This document shows, piece by piece, positions 52,038-62,279 of a stretch of 64,000 bases of DNA. Where the stretch lies: positions 8,246-72,245 of the forward strand of contig JAJZKO010000003.1 in assembly GCA_021850805.1 (NCBI GenBank), written 5' to 3'. The stretch's first letter is position 1. Every line of letters begins with the position of its first letter. This DNA comes from Candidatus Micrarchaeota archaeon (lineage in GTDB: Archaea; Micrarchaeota; Micrarchaeia; Micrarchaeales; CABMGC01). The position numbers were made by a program, and so were the translations under genes. Below the pieces are notes generated by a model. That model was not told the DNA's origin, ran no database searches, and saw nothing but the letters and a program-made list of their open reading frames with translations.

Positions 52038-52931
52038 TTGCGATACGCTGTCGCACGCGCTGCAGATTTCCTGAAGCTTGATAAGAGGAGGGATGTATTC
52101 TCCACGAAGAGGAGCAACGGCCGTGTCATGGTCTTCGGAGGATCATCCAGGTATCACGGTGCGGTAGCGCTAGCATCACTCGCGGCACTGAAGGCCGGCG
52201 CAGGCTATGTTGTATCAATGGTTCCTAAGAAAATACTCGTTGAAGAGAGGGCGGTTTCACCTAACATAATAGTGATGCCTTCAGGCATGAGCCACCTGTC
52301 TTTCGGAAAAGCCGCAATGGGGGAGATTGAAAAGTCGGATTCTGTTATAATAGGTCCTGGTGCGGGAAGGGATCCGCCAACGCTGCGTGCATGTGCGTCT
52401 GCCATAACCTACGCGTGCCTTGCAGGGAAGAATCTCGTCATAGATGCTGATGGTCTTCTTGCAATCAATGGAAGCATCAATTCTGGAAGAAAAGAAAATG
52501 TAGTTCTCACCCCGAATGACAAGGAAGCCAAAGCACTTGCAGGAACAGCAGTGGATGCAGAGGGCCCATCCAGTATGCCAAAAAGAATAAAGATTGCAAT
52601 CCATATCGCAAGAACATATAATGCATCCGTAATACTGAAAGGCCATAAGAGCATCGTGACCGATGGGGCCAGAGTAAAGGTTATAGTGCCAAAGACCGCA
52701 ACCCTTGCAACTATGGGAACAGGCGACGTCCTGTCAGGGATATTATCCTTCTACCTACTCCAGTCAAGCAATGCTTTCGATGCCGCTGTCGGTGCGGCAT
52801 ACCTACACGCAATGGTCGGAGATTACATAGCAGCAAACTTCGGGGAGCATGCAATAGCATCAGATATAATAGATAACATCCCTGCAACTATATCATGGAT
52901 AAGTCGAGGCAACAAGGATATTCGCAAATAA
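52038..52931 (+). CDS. nnrD: ADP/ATP-dependent NAD(P)H-hydrate dehydratase (YjeF C-terminal family)
   Basis: VFGGSSRYHGAVALASLAALKAGAGYV…GPGAGRD…TPNDKEA…GTGDVLSGI. It uses a TTG start. Confidence 0.8.
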   Translation: MRYAVARAADFLKLDKRRDVFSTKRSNGRVMVFGGSSRYHGAVALASLAALKAGAGYVVSMVPKKILVEERAVSPNIIVMPSGMSHLSFGKAAMGEIEKSDSVIIGPGAGRDPPTLRACASAITYACLAGKNLVIDADGLLAINGSINSGRKENVVLTPNDKEAKALAGTAVDAEGPSSMPKRIKIAIHIARTYNASVILKGHKSIVTDGARVKVIVPKTATLATMGTGDVLSGILSFYLLQSSNAFDAAVGAAYLHAMVGDYIAANFGEHAIASDIIDNIPATISWISRGNKDIRK

Positions 52932-52970
52932 CTATTTAATGCTGAATAATTAAATTATGAAGTTGATTGG

Positions 52971-54890
52971 ATGACCAATGAACCTTATTCATATATGCTA
53001 GATGATTTTATCCATCGCATATGCGAAAGGGTAAAGGATTGCCATCCAGAGGTTAATCTCGGAGAGCCTGAAATCCGTTCCTCTGTCTCATGGCAGAAGG
53101 CAGCTGACAAAGATATTGCCTCTTCAATAGCATTCAAGATATCTAAAATACTTGGAAAAAATCCAAGAGAGATAGCGGACGGGCTCTTCAAGAGCGCAGA
53201 GATACAGGGAAATATACCATACAGAATAAGCAGCGAGAACGGTTACATAAACGCAAGATTCGACAGGGCGAAGTTTTCAGAAGCTGTGCTTCAGCATATC
53301 AACCTTGTAACTACAGCACACCAAGAGGGTACGGGATCTAAGCCCAAAGGCCTTTTGCTTGCGGAGTTTCCCAGCGTGAATCCAAACAAGCCGTGGCACA
53401 TAGGTCATCTCAGGAACGCTCTGCTAGGCGATTCCGTATCAAAGATAATGGAGGCAGAAGGGTTCTCGGTGATACGGCAGGATTACATAGACGACCTAGG
53501 CCTCCAAGTTGCGGAAAGCGCATGGGGCTATATCAAGCTAAACGGCGAGCCTGACAAAAAATTTGACCAGTGGCTTGGGGAGCAGTATGTTATAGTAAAC
53601 AAGGAGATGGAACGCGAGAGTGTAAAGGAAGAGGTTAATCATGTGCTCAAGCTCATGGAAGAAGGCAATTCAAGCGAAGCGAAGACCGCCCGCCTTATCG
53701 CTGAAAGATGCGTAGTCGCGCAATATACCACCGCATTCAAATACGGCATATATCACGACATACTGGTCTGGGAAAGCGACATAATAAGGGAAAGGCTTCT
53801 TGAGCAAGCAATCGATCTGCTTGAAAAGAAGCATTTCATAGAGAACGTGATGGAGGGAAAATACAGAGGATGCAAGATAATAAACCTGTCAAATATCAGG
53901 AGAAGCGGATCGGCTCTCGCAGAGGGTCTTGAAGAGAGGGACGACGAGGCAAAAGTCTTAGTCAGAAGCAACGGCGCTGCAACATACTTGGCAAAAGACA
54001 TAGCCTTCCATATGTTTAAGTTCGGTCTTATAGGCAAAGAGATGCGAATGGGCATATTCATGGAGAAGCAGCCAAACGGCAGACCGCTGTATACAACATC
54101 TGCTCACGGCGAGGCGCATCCGCAGCCCGCATGCGATATAGCGATAAACGTAATAGGCTCCGCACAGGACTATCTGCAATTGCTACTAAAGTCCGCATTT
54201 ATTGCGATGGGCATGGACAGCATTGCGAATAAGATAATACATCTGTCTTACGGCGAGGTCAATATAGAAGGCTCCGATCTTAGCGGCAGAAGGGGAGGAT
54301 GGCTTGGTGAAGGGCGCAACTACACTGCTGACGATCTACTTGCCGTCACCTCGTCCAAAGCCGCAGAGCTATTGCAGAACAGCAAGAAGTTTGAGATCAG
54401 CGAAGGCATTGAAGATACAGCAATAAAGATAGCGCTATCTGCGATAAAATTTGAGTTCCTTAAGATATCCCCTGAGAGGCGCATCACATTCTCGTGGGAG
54501 AAGGCGCTTAAGTTTGAGGGAGAGACAGGTCCATACTGCATCTATACATATGCGAGGGCTCGCAAGGTTCTCAAGAATGCTGGATACGTATCTGATCAGA
54601 ACATGACGCCAGACTGCTCAGCTATCACTGAAGGCGAGGACTATATCCTGATAAAGCTACTTGCGGCAAAGGGTGAGTGCATAAGAAAGGCTGCGCGCGA
54701 ATTTCGGCCCGATCTGATTGCTGATTACCTAATATCAATATGCTCTTCATTCAGCAGATTTTACGAAAAATACCCCGTACTCAAGGGCGGCGACAGCAAA
54801 GAATTTCGCCTCGGCCTTGTAAATGCCGTCTCGATGACAATAAAGGAGCTTCTTGCACTTCTTGGAATAGTAACTGTGGAGTCTATGTAG
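52971..54890 (+). CDS. argS: arginyl-tRNA synthetase
   Basis: SVNPNKPWHIGHLRNALLGD (HIGH region) and the C-terminal DALR anticodon-binding domain, 639 aa. Confidence 0.9.
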   Translation: MTNEPYSYMLDDFIHRICERVKDCHPEVNLGEPEIRSSVSWQKAADKDIASSIAFKISKILGKNPREIADGLFKSAEIQGNIPYRISSENGYINARFDRAKFSEAVLQHINLVTTAHQEGTGSKPKGLLLAEFPSVNPNKPWHIGHLRNALLGDSVSKIMEAEGFSVIRQDYIDDLGLQVAESAWGYIKLNGEPDKKFDQWLGEQYVIVNKEMERESVKEEVNHVLKLMEEGNSSEAKTARLIAERCVVAQYTTAFKYGIYHDILVWESDIIRERLLEQAIDLLEKKHFIENVMEGKYRGCKIINLSNIRRSGSALAEGLEERDDEAKVLVRSNGAATYLAKDIAFHMFKFGLIGKEMRMGIFMEKQPNGRPLYTTSAHGEAHPQPACDIAINVIGSAQDYLQLLLKSAFIAMGMDSIANKIIHLSYGEVNIEGSDLSGRRGGWLGEGRNYTADDLLAVTSSKAAELLQNSKKFEISEGIEDTAIKIALSAIKFEFLKISPERRITFSWEKALKFEGETGPYCIYTYARARKVLKNAGYVSDQNMTPDCSAITEGEDYILIKLLAAKGECIRKAAREFRPDLIADYLISICSSFSRFYEKYPVLKGGDSKEFRLGLVNAVSMTIKELLALLGIVTVESM

Positions 54891-55665
54891 AGCCACCTTT
54901 ATCTGCAGCCTCTAGCGCCTTGGCTACCTCTTTCGATTCATCATGCTCTATTCCGTACCTCTTCCTGAAGAAAGTGGCAATATTGTGTATATCTCTTTCC
55001 AGAAATTCCTTAGCCCTCGGATGATCTATGCTTACTGCCTGCCCGAAATCTATTATGTAAGGCTCATTATTCTTTACAAGTACATTGTACTCGCTCATAT
55101 CCCCATGCACCAGCCCATAGCTGCTCAACTTGCGTACCGATTCGAATATCACCTCAATTATTCTCTCAGGATGCTCTGATTTCATATCCTTCAACTTTGG
55201 GGAAGGCACTCCATCCTCTCCTATAAATTCCATTGCGAGCACATTTCCATTTGCATAATACGGTCGAGGTGCCATTACCCCGGCTTCCTCCGCTATCTTC
55301 AGATTTCCGTATTCCTTCCTGCACCATATGCCTATGAGCTTATTTACGTCCGTGCTCTTCCCTGAAAACCTTCTGTCTCCTCTTATATAATCTTCCCTCT
55401 TACCGAAGCTTGAGGTTTCCATCCTGAATATCTTGAGGAGCACAACCTCCTCCTTCACCCTGTTTCCATTCTGTGCTAGGTAGATATCCGCTTCCTTGCC
55501 GCTTGCTATCTGGAAGTGTATTGACGAGATTATGCCTATCCCGAAAAGTTTCTTCAGGCTGGCGGCTGTCCTATCGTCTATCGATGAGCTCCCAAACTTC
55601 ATCACTTCCTTCAACGTAAATCTGTCCCTATCAGGCCGCTTCCTCTTGCTTACCATGCGTGACAT
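54883..55665 (-). CDS. rio1: RIO-type serine/threonine protein kinase
   Basis: SGKEADIY…LVHGDMSEYNVLV…IIDFGQAV. Confidence 0.85.
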   Translation of the reverse strand: MSRMVSKRKRPDRDRFTLKEVMKFGSSSIDDRTAASLKKLFGIGIISSIHFQIASGKEADIYLAQNGNRVKEEVVLLKIFRMETSSFGKREDYIRGDRRFSGKSTDVNKLIGIWCRKEYGNLKIAEEAGVMAPRPYYANGNVLAMEFIGEDGVPSPKLKDMKSEHPERIIEVIFESVRKLSSYGLVHGDMSEYNVLVKNNEPYIIDFGQAVSIDHPRAKEFLERDIHNIATFFRKRYGIEHDESKEVAKALEAADKGGST

Positions 55666-55721
55666 GATACAACATCTCTCCCAACATTTCTATATTTATT
55701 CTTTGCCTGAGCAGTCTCACC

Positions 55722-56372
55722 ATGGGTGTGCGCATAATTGCAGACAACAGGGAAAGATCCGAGAGTATCCTGGAAACCCTCCTCGCGATGGATTCGTCAG
55801 TTGAGATCCTGCAGCTGCCTGTAGGTGATTATGTTCTCTCCGATAGGATATGCGTGGAGAGGAAGCGTTCATCAGACTTCGAAAACTCAATAATAGATGG
55901 CCGTCTCTTTGAGCAGGCAAAACGCCTTGCAGAAGGGTTCGAGAGACCTGTAATGATAATAGAAGCTTCAGAGCAGCAGCCACGCATAAGGCACAACGCG
56001 CTGGTTGCCGCGGTGCTTAAGCTCTATGCTACATATGGCATACAGGTGATATTCACGGAGAGCGAGGAGGATACGGCATTTACCCTGCACAAGATAGCTG
56101 AATTCGAGCAGGAAGAGAACAAGAGGCAGCCTGTGATAAGGGGGCAGAGAAGGAAACGTACTGATTATGACATACAGTTGAGTATCCTTAGTTCTATACC
56201 GGGCATAGGTGAGAAGCTTGCTTCATGCCTCCTCTCGAATTTCGGAAGTGTGAAGAACGTCATGATGGCAGATACCAAAGAACTGCAGAAGGTCAACAAG
56301 ATAGGCAGGAAAAAGGCTGAAGCCATATACCGCTCCCTTAACGGCGCGCCTAGCAACGGGGCATTCAAATGA
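55722..56372 (+). CDS. xpf: short archaeal XPF/ERCC4-family nuclease with a C-terminal (HhH)2 domain
   Basis: IIADNRE…LPVGDYVLSDRICVERKRSSDF…GRLFEQ and IPGIGEKLA…KIGRKKAEAI. Confidence 0.8.
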   Translation: MGVRIIADNRERSESILETLLAMDSSVEILQLPVGDYVLSDRICVERKRSSDFENSIIDGRLFEQAKRLAEGFERPVMIIEASEQQPRIRHNALVAAVLKLYATYGIQVIFTESEEDTAFTLHKIAEFEQEENKRQPVIRGQRRKRTDYDIQLSILSSIPGIGEKLASCLLSNFGSVKNVMMADTKELQKVNKIGRKKAEAIYRSLNGAPSNGAFK

Positions 56373-57001
56373 GACTTATAGAGAGAATATTCAATGGCGG
56401 GGAACAGGGCATCATAAAGAGGAGCAAGGTAATAGCAGAACACGCTAAAAAGGCTAATGCACTAATGCTCCAGGTAATATCTGGAAAGAGTGACATATCA
56501 GGAATAAGGAGGCTCGAGAGGCTCTCGGATTCGGAGCTATTCAACCTCACCAACTCCGTCACATCAGGCGCAATAGCACCTAACCTGATAGATGACGTCA
56601 TAAGATTCCTGAACACCGAGGACGATATAGTTGACAATATATTCAACCTTTCAAGGGCAGTTATACGCTACGATGGCGGTTCGCCTGCGATTAGGAAGTA
56701 CCTCAACTCAAATCTCGGCAAGTTCAATCTATTCACAGACAGGGCAATCACTCTTCTTATAGAAATGCACTCCGCAGATAGGATTTCCGAGATGAGGAAA
56801 TTCAGGACAGAGATAGAAAAATACGAGAGGAAGGTTGACGACGTGAAGGATGCAATGCTGAACTATGCGTACGAGGCCAAGCTAAACTACAAACAGTTTG
56901 CGCACATCACCGACATAGCGTATCTGGGAGACAACATACTGGACAGCTGCGAAGATTCTGCCGACAGGCTGCTGGGAATAATGCTCTCGATAGCTACATG
57001 A
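56369..57001 (+). CDS. DUF47 / PhoU-like helical protein (phosphate-transport-regulator-like)
   Basis: 210-aa all-helical protein immediately upstream of a PiT-like permease, which is the usual DUF47-PiT pairing. Its ATG overlaps the xpf stop (ATGA). Confidence 0.5.
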   Translation: MRLIERIFNGGEQGIIKRSKVIAEHAKKANALMLQVISGKSDISGIRRLERLSDSELFNLTNSVTSGAIAPNLIDDVIRFLNTEDDIVDNIFNLSRAVIRYDGGSPAIRKYLNSNLGKFNLFTDRAITLLIEMHSADRISEMRKFRTEIEKYERKVDDVKDAMLNYAYEAKLNYKQFAHITDIAYLGDNILDSCEDSADRLLGIMLSIAT

Positions 57002-57011
57002 GTGTGATGAG

Positions 57012-57926
57012 TTGATAAGTGCGCTAACGTATGGCATGGCCCTCCTATTAATAGCACTTGTCTCAGGAAACAACCTCACCGCATGCTCTGGTTCAATAAT
57101 AGCAGGCAGAATCGTGGGAAAGAAAACAGGGATAATGCTTACGATAGCAGGATACTCTCTAGGTTTCCTATTGCAGGGAAGCCTACTTAGCACAGGCATT
57201 AACGCAATACTGCCCGTAAGATCGGATCAGAGCATACTCCTTGCGCTTAGCATAGCAACCCTGATATTTCTGATAGCCCACCGTTTCAGGGTGCCTCAAT
57301 CACTCTCAATAACATTATCAATGACCGCACTTGGGATAAGCACAGCGTTAGGCCTAGCTGTAGACTGGAGCTTTATAGCATATATGATCACTTTCTGGAT
57401 CGTTGCTGCCTTTCTATGCGCAATATTTGCATTTGCAACAATGCGGGCTACAAGAGGTTTCATGTCAAAGGTAAGAATATGGAAGGCATTGTCTTCTGTT
57501 AAGATGCTTCTTATCCTTATATCCTTCTTTACTGCATTTACACTTGGCGCCAATACTATAGGGTTCCTGTACGTTTCGCTTCCCGGCAGGGTATCCGAAT
57601 TTATGATAATAGCGGCAATCATATTCGGTTCTTTTGTCTTCAGCGCAGGAGAGATTAAAAGAGTAGGCAGCGACATACTGCCGTTAAGATACCTCAATGC
57701 CCTTGTCTCCCAATCGATATCAGTGCTTCTGGTCGAAGCCGCAACCCTGTCCAGCGTGCCATTGTCAAATACGCAGACGTTCATAGCAAGTCTCTATGGA
57801 TCTGCCGTTAGCTACAGGACAAGAATAATCCGCAAGCGCCCTGCGGAGACCATACTATTTACATGGATCATAACTTCCATAGTAAGCTTTAGTGCAGGCT
57901 TCATCCTCGCTAAGATACTCCTATAA
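57012..57926 (+). CDS. PiT-family inorganic phosphate (or sulfate) permease, divergent
   Basis: About 10 TM segments. GNNLTACSG near the N-terminus and LGANTIGF in the second half resemble the duplicated GANDxAN signature. It uses a TTG start. Confidence 0.5.
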   Translation: MISALTYGMALLLIALVSGNNLTACSGSIIAGRIVGKKTGIMLTIAGYSLGFLLQGSLLSTGINAILPVRSDQSILLALSIATLIFLIAHRFRVPQSLSITLSMTALGISTALGLAVDWSFIAYMITFWIVAAFLCAIFAFATMRATRGFMSKVRIWKALSSVKMLLILISFFTAFTLGANTIGFLYVSLPGRVSEFMIIAAIIFGSFVFSAGEIKRVGSDILPLRYLNALVSQSISVLLVEAATLSSVPLSNTQTFIASLYGSAVSYRTRIIRKRPAETILFTWIITSIVSFSAGFILAKILL

Positions 57927-58063
57927 AGATATAATTGACACCTGCGACCAAACTGGCGAAATCAGTTTATTATTCTTTTCATTTAAGGTTATAGTGCAAG
58001 TATTGTGCAGGCTGGTGCCAAACCAATGGTAACCCTGCAGATTTATCAATTGGAGGATACCAA

Positions 58064-58810
58064 ATGAATATACAGTCAAAGATATTATTCTATATAATAG
58101 CCGTACTGGGCGTACTTCTCTTTGGCACAGGAGGAACCTATATAATAGGTTCCCACGGCGGTTTCAGCGTAAATGTCAATTCCCCGCTTACAGCGCTTTA
58201 CTTCACCATCGTGACTCTCTCTACTGTGGGATACGGCGACATAGTTCCAGTCTCAGCCGTTGCAAGGATATTTGTCATAATACTTATAGTCTCAGGCTTA
58301 ACAATATTCCTAAGCGCCATAACGTTTCTTGGAAGTGATTTCATGAATTCAAAAATAGACCAGTTATCAGGGGGAATAGCCTCTGTCGAGCGCAAGTTCC
58401 TGAGCAACCATATAGTCCTTATCGGGACAGACACAACCAATGCGTCAATAGCGAAGAAGCTGAAGAAGGCAAAGCAGAAGTTCATAATAATAACTTCTGA
58501 TAAGGTGGTATTCGACAAGCTAAGGGAGCATGGCTACAAGGCATACGTGGCAGATTCAACGTCAGTTCAGGACATGAAGAAATTCGAGCTTCACAAGGCA
58601 AAGGAGATAATAATAGATCTCAAGGATAATTCCAGGACTGTATATTCAGTAATAGTTGCAAGAGATATCGCAAAGAATGTAAAATTGAGGATAATAGCGA
58701 CAAACGAGGATACAGAGAGGCACCTAAAGGAAATGGGCTACAATAACGTGATAAACCCTGCAGAGGCAATTGCGATGGAGATAGTGGCCAGCATGGGTGT
58801 GAAGGTTTGA
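58064..58810 (+). CDS. 2-TM potassium channel with C-terminal RCK/TrkA-N domain
   Basis: Selectivity filter TLSTVGYGD, followed by Rossmann-like HIVLIGTD…. Confidence 0.8.
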   Translation: MNIQSKILFYIIAVLGVLLFGTGGTYIIGSHGGFSVNVNSPLTALYFTIVTLSTVGYGDIVPVSAVARIFVIILIVSGLTIFLSAITFLGSDFMNSKIDQLSGGIASVERKFLSNHIVLIGTDTTNASIAKKLKKAKQKFIIITSDKVVFDKLREHGYKAYVADSTSVQDMKKFELHKAKEIIIDLKDNSRTVYSVIVARDIAKNVKLRIIATNEDTERHLKEMGYNNVINPAEAIAMEIVASMGVKV

Positions 58811-61245
58811 GCAAGACTGGCGGAACAGGCTCGAAAGCTGAAAAGAGGGCAGACTTTACCGAACTTTTCGCAAAGCTTAACTCCTCAGAAAACGGAATAA
58901 AAGAGACCGAAGCAGAGAAGCGCATACAGAAGTACGGCTACAATGAGATAATAGAGAAGAAGAAGAGCCCCATATTCCTCTTCCTGAAGAAATTCACAGG
59001 CCCGATACCATTCATGCTGGAAATAGTCATAGTGATAACCTACCTGATAAATGACTACAAGGATCTTTACATAATAGCCGCACTCCTCGTCTTCAATGGC
59101 ATAGTTGGTTTCCTTGAGGAATACAGGGCTGACAGTTCAGTGGAACTCCTGAAGAAGAGGCTCCAGGTTATGACCCGCGTCCTCAGGTCAGGAAAGTGGA
59201 AGCGCGCAGAGGCGCGCACCCTTGTGCCAGGAGACATAATCCGCGTCAGGATAGGCGATATAGTTCCAGCAGACAGCGCAGTAATATCGGAACAGGATCT
59301 ACATCTTGACCAATCCATACTTACCGGCGAAGCAATGCCTGTGAAGAAACAGGAGGGCAGCACCATATACTCTGGTTCTGTTGTCAAGGAAGGTGAGGCT
59401 CTGTGCATCGTCACAGGAACAGGATACAATACCTACTACGGCCATACGACAAAGCTGGTCCAGGATGCAAAGCCCAAGCTGCATCTGCAGGGGGTGATAA
59501 TGGGCATCGTAAAGAACCTCATAGTCATGGATCTCGCTGTAGCTGCGATAATATTTGCATATTCCTTCATCTTTCTGCACCTCGGCATAACCGAATTGCT
59601 TCCGTTTGTCCTAGTCATAATAATAGCATCGGTTCCTGTCGCACTGCCCACGGCGTTTACTGTAACCATGGCAATTGGGACGGAGAAGCTGACAAAGAAG
59701 TCCGCCCTTGTTACGAAGCTTGAGGCAATAGAGGAAGCATCCAACATGAATGTAATATGCTTCGACAAAACCGGAACAATAACAGAGAACATGCTTCAGG
59801 TAAGGGATGTATTCTGCGCTGCAGGCGTGGCAGAAGAGGAGGTTCTACTGGCTGCCGCGCTCGCATCAAGGGCCGAAGACAACGATCCAATAGACAATGC
59901 CGTCTTAGGCTCCGCCGCACAGAAGGGTGTCAACATCAAACCATACGCGCAGGAGAAATTCATCCCGTTCAAACCTGCCACCAAAATGTCAAGTGCAGAT
60001 ATACGCTATAAGTCGGGAAGCATGAAAGTCTACAAAGGCGCATACCAGGTAATAGCGGGAATTGCAAAGCAGAACCCCAGCGAAGCAAAAATAATGGAAG
60101 CAAAGGTGGCGGAGTTTTCAAGGAAGCAGTTCAGGACTATAGCCGTTGCAGAATCCAAGGGAGGGAAAGCGCGGTTCCTCGGAATACTTGCCCTTTATGA
60201 CAGGCCCAGAAAGGACGCCAAGAAGACAATCTCGGAGATAAGGGCACTTGGCATCAGGGTAAAGATGCTAACAGGGGACAATGTGCACATAGCCGAAGAG
60301 ATTGCAAAGGAAGTGGGGATAAGCGGCAAGGTTGCCGACATAGCAAAGCTGAAGAAGATGCCTCACGAGGAGATGCTGAAAGAGATAGATAACACCGAGG
60401 TATTTGCCGAGATATACCCTGAAGACAAGTATACTATAGTAAAGGCACTGCAGGAGAAGGGCTATAGGGTCGGAATGACAGGAGACGGTGTGAACGACGC
60501 GCCAGCGCTTAAGCAGGCGGAAGTTGGGATAGCAGTGGCAAACGCTACAGACGTGGCGAAGAGCGTTGCAGCTATAGTCCTTACAAAAAACGGCGTTGAG
60601 GTAATAAATGACGCAGTGGTGGAGAGCAGGAAGATATTCGAGCGGATGATGACTTATACGATGGTGAAGATAACAAGGGTGATACAGATAGTATTCTTCA
60701 TAATGCTAGCGCTCTTTGTGCTTGGCACCATCCCAATACTGCCTTTTGAGCTTATACTGCTTATCTTTACCAATGACATAGTGAACATAGCAGTTGCAAC
60801 AGACCACACCATATACTCATCGATGCCTGATACATGGGACATAGGCAAGATCATGCGCTCCTCATTCATAATGGGCTTTATGATGCTCATCGCCTCGCTT
60901 GCCTTCATACCACTTGGTTTCATCCTTGGCCTCGGCGTGGCAGCATTCCAGACGTTTGACTTCCTTATGATTAATATAACGGATAACCTACTATTTTATG
61001 CTGTACGCGGAAGGGAGAAGCTATTCGGCCTGAAGCCGACAAAGACATTGGTCGCAGCATCTGCTTTTGGAATAGCATTCGGAATAACTGTATCATATCT
61101 AGGTATACTGGTAACAGGCATAAGCGCATTCACGATAGCATCGCTTATAATATTTGCAATAATCCTTATGCTCCTATTTGATGTGATAAAATCTTTTATA
61201 TTCCGAAAAGTCGTAAAGTGGCAGACGCTAGCCGGTAACCAGTGA
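58807..61245 (+). CDS. P-type ATPase (type III plasma-membrane H+-ATPase-like)
   Basis: TGEAMP, CFDKTGTITEN, MLTGDN, GDGVNDAPALKQA, 812 aa. Its TTG start overlaps the K+ channel stop (TTGA). Confidence 0.85.
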   Translation: MSKTGGTGSKAEKRADFTELFAKLNSSENGIKETEAEKRIQKYGYNEIIEKKKSPIFLFLKKFTGPIPFMLEIVIVITYLINDYKDLYIIAALLVFNGIVGFLEEYRADSSVELLKKRLQVMTRVLRSGKWKRAEARTLVPGDIIRVRIGDIVPADSAVISEQDLHLDQSILTGEAMPVKKQEGSTIYSGSVVKEGEALCIVTGTGYNTYYGHTTKLVQDAKPKLHLQGVIMGIVKNLIVMDLAVAAIIFAYSFIFLHLGITELLPFVLVIIIASVPVALPTAFTVTMAIGTEKLTKKSALVTKLEAIEEASNMNVICFDKTGTITENMLQVRDVFCAAGVAEEEVLLAAALASRAEDNDPIDNAVLGSAAQKGVNIKPYAQEKFIPFKPATKMSSADIRYKSGSMKVYKGAYQVIAGIAKQNPSEAKIMEAKVAEFSRKQFRTIAVAESKGGKARFLGILALYDRPRKDAKKTISEIRALGIRVKMLTGDNVHIAEEIAKEVGISGKVADIAKLKKMPHEEMLKEIDNTEVFAEIYPEDKYTIVKALQEKGYRVGMTGDGVNDAPALKQAEVGIAVANATDVAKSVAAIVLTKNGVEVINDAVVESRKIFERMMTYTMVKITRVIQIVFFIMLALFVLGTIPILPFELILLIFTNDIVNIAVATDHTIYSSMPDTWDIGKIMRSSFIMGFMMLIASLAFIPLGFILGLGVAAFQTFDFLMINITDNLLFYAVRGREKLFGLKPTKTLVAASAFGIAFGITVSYLGILVTGISAFTIASLIIFAIILMLLFDVIKSFIFRKVVKWQTLAGNQ

Positions 61246-61250
61246 TATGT

Positions 61251-62279
61251 TCAAATATTCTTTAGTATGTATCTGCCGACTTCTGAGCACTTCGAGTCAC
61301 CGCCTATGTCATAGGTCTTTATCCCGCTTTCCAGAGAAGCTGTGACTGCGCTCTCTATACTCTCTGCCGCGCTCTCACATCCCATCCACTCAAACATCAT
61401 CTTAGCAGAAAGTATAGTTGCAACAGGATTGACCTTGTCGAGCCCGGCATATTTCGGTGCAGATCCGTGGACAGGTTCAAACATTGCATACCCATCCCCT
61501 ATGTTGGCGGAAGGCCCTACTCCTATTCCGCCTACAATCATTGCCGCTTCATCGGATAATATATCCCCAAATAGGTTCTCGGTTACTATAACATCGTAAG
61601 ATTCCGGATTCTTTATCAGCCATTGCGCCATGGCATCTACATGCGCATCATCCATATGCACTTTCTTATGGCCTGCACCGAGACCGTATATACTATTCTT
61701 GAAGAGTGCATCAGAGACCTTAAGTATATTGCCCTTGTGCACTATTGTAAGGTGTTTCCTCCTTTTCTCTGCAAGATTTAGGGCGAATTCCCCTATCCTC
61801 AGGCTGCCCCTTCTTGTAATTACCCTCATTGCGGCTGCAGTATTCTGCGAGACCATAAAATCAATGCCGCTGTACATTCCTTCTGTATTCTCCCTCACTA
61901 TAACGAGGTCTACGTTCTCCTTTACTGCCGGCACACCCTTTCTAGTCTTGCAAGGTCGTACATCAGCATATAAACTGAACATCTTCCTTATCTTTACCGC
62001 AGCGCTAATCTCAGATCCCGCACCTTCCGGAGTTGTCATGGGTCCCTTCACCACGCAATCAGATCTCTTCAGAAGGTCTATAGTTTTCTGCGGCAAATTA
62101 GTTCCGTATCTGCTTATGCAATTGTACCCTGCATCACCTACACTTATCCTTGCCCTTACTCCTGCACTTGCTGCGGCCTTCCTTATTACAGGGAGGGTGA
62201 CCTTCATTATCTCAGGTCCGGTTCCATCACCTGGCAGAAACGCTATCTTCCAATCCCTTTTTACACTTTTGTTATCCAT
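61251..62279 (-). CDS. isocitrate/isopropylmalate dehydrogenase family (beta-decarboxylating dehydrogenase)
   Basis: …VRENTEGMYSG…, NLFGDILSDEAAMIVGGIGVGPSANIG, 342 aa. It overlaps the aconitase 3' end by 8 nt, suggesting an acn-icd operon. Confidence 0.8.
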   Translation of the reverse strand: MDNKSVKRDWKIAFLPGDGTGPEIMKVTLPVIRKAAASAGVRARISVGDAGYNCISRYGTNLPQKTIDLLKRSDCVVKGPMTTPEGAGSEISAAVKIRKMFSLYADVRPCKTRKGVPAVKENVDLVIVRENTEGMYSGIDFMVSQNTAAAMRVITRRGSLRIGEFALNLAEKRRKHLTIVHKGNILKVSDALFKNSIYGLGAGHKKVHMDDAHVDAMAQWLIKNPESYDVIVTENLFGDILSDEAAMIVGGIGVGPSANIGDGYAMFEPVHGSAPKYAGLDKVNPVATILSAKMMFEWMGCESAAESIESAVTASLESGIKTYDIGGDSKCSEVGRYILKNI

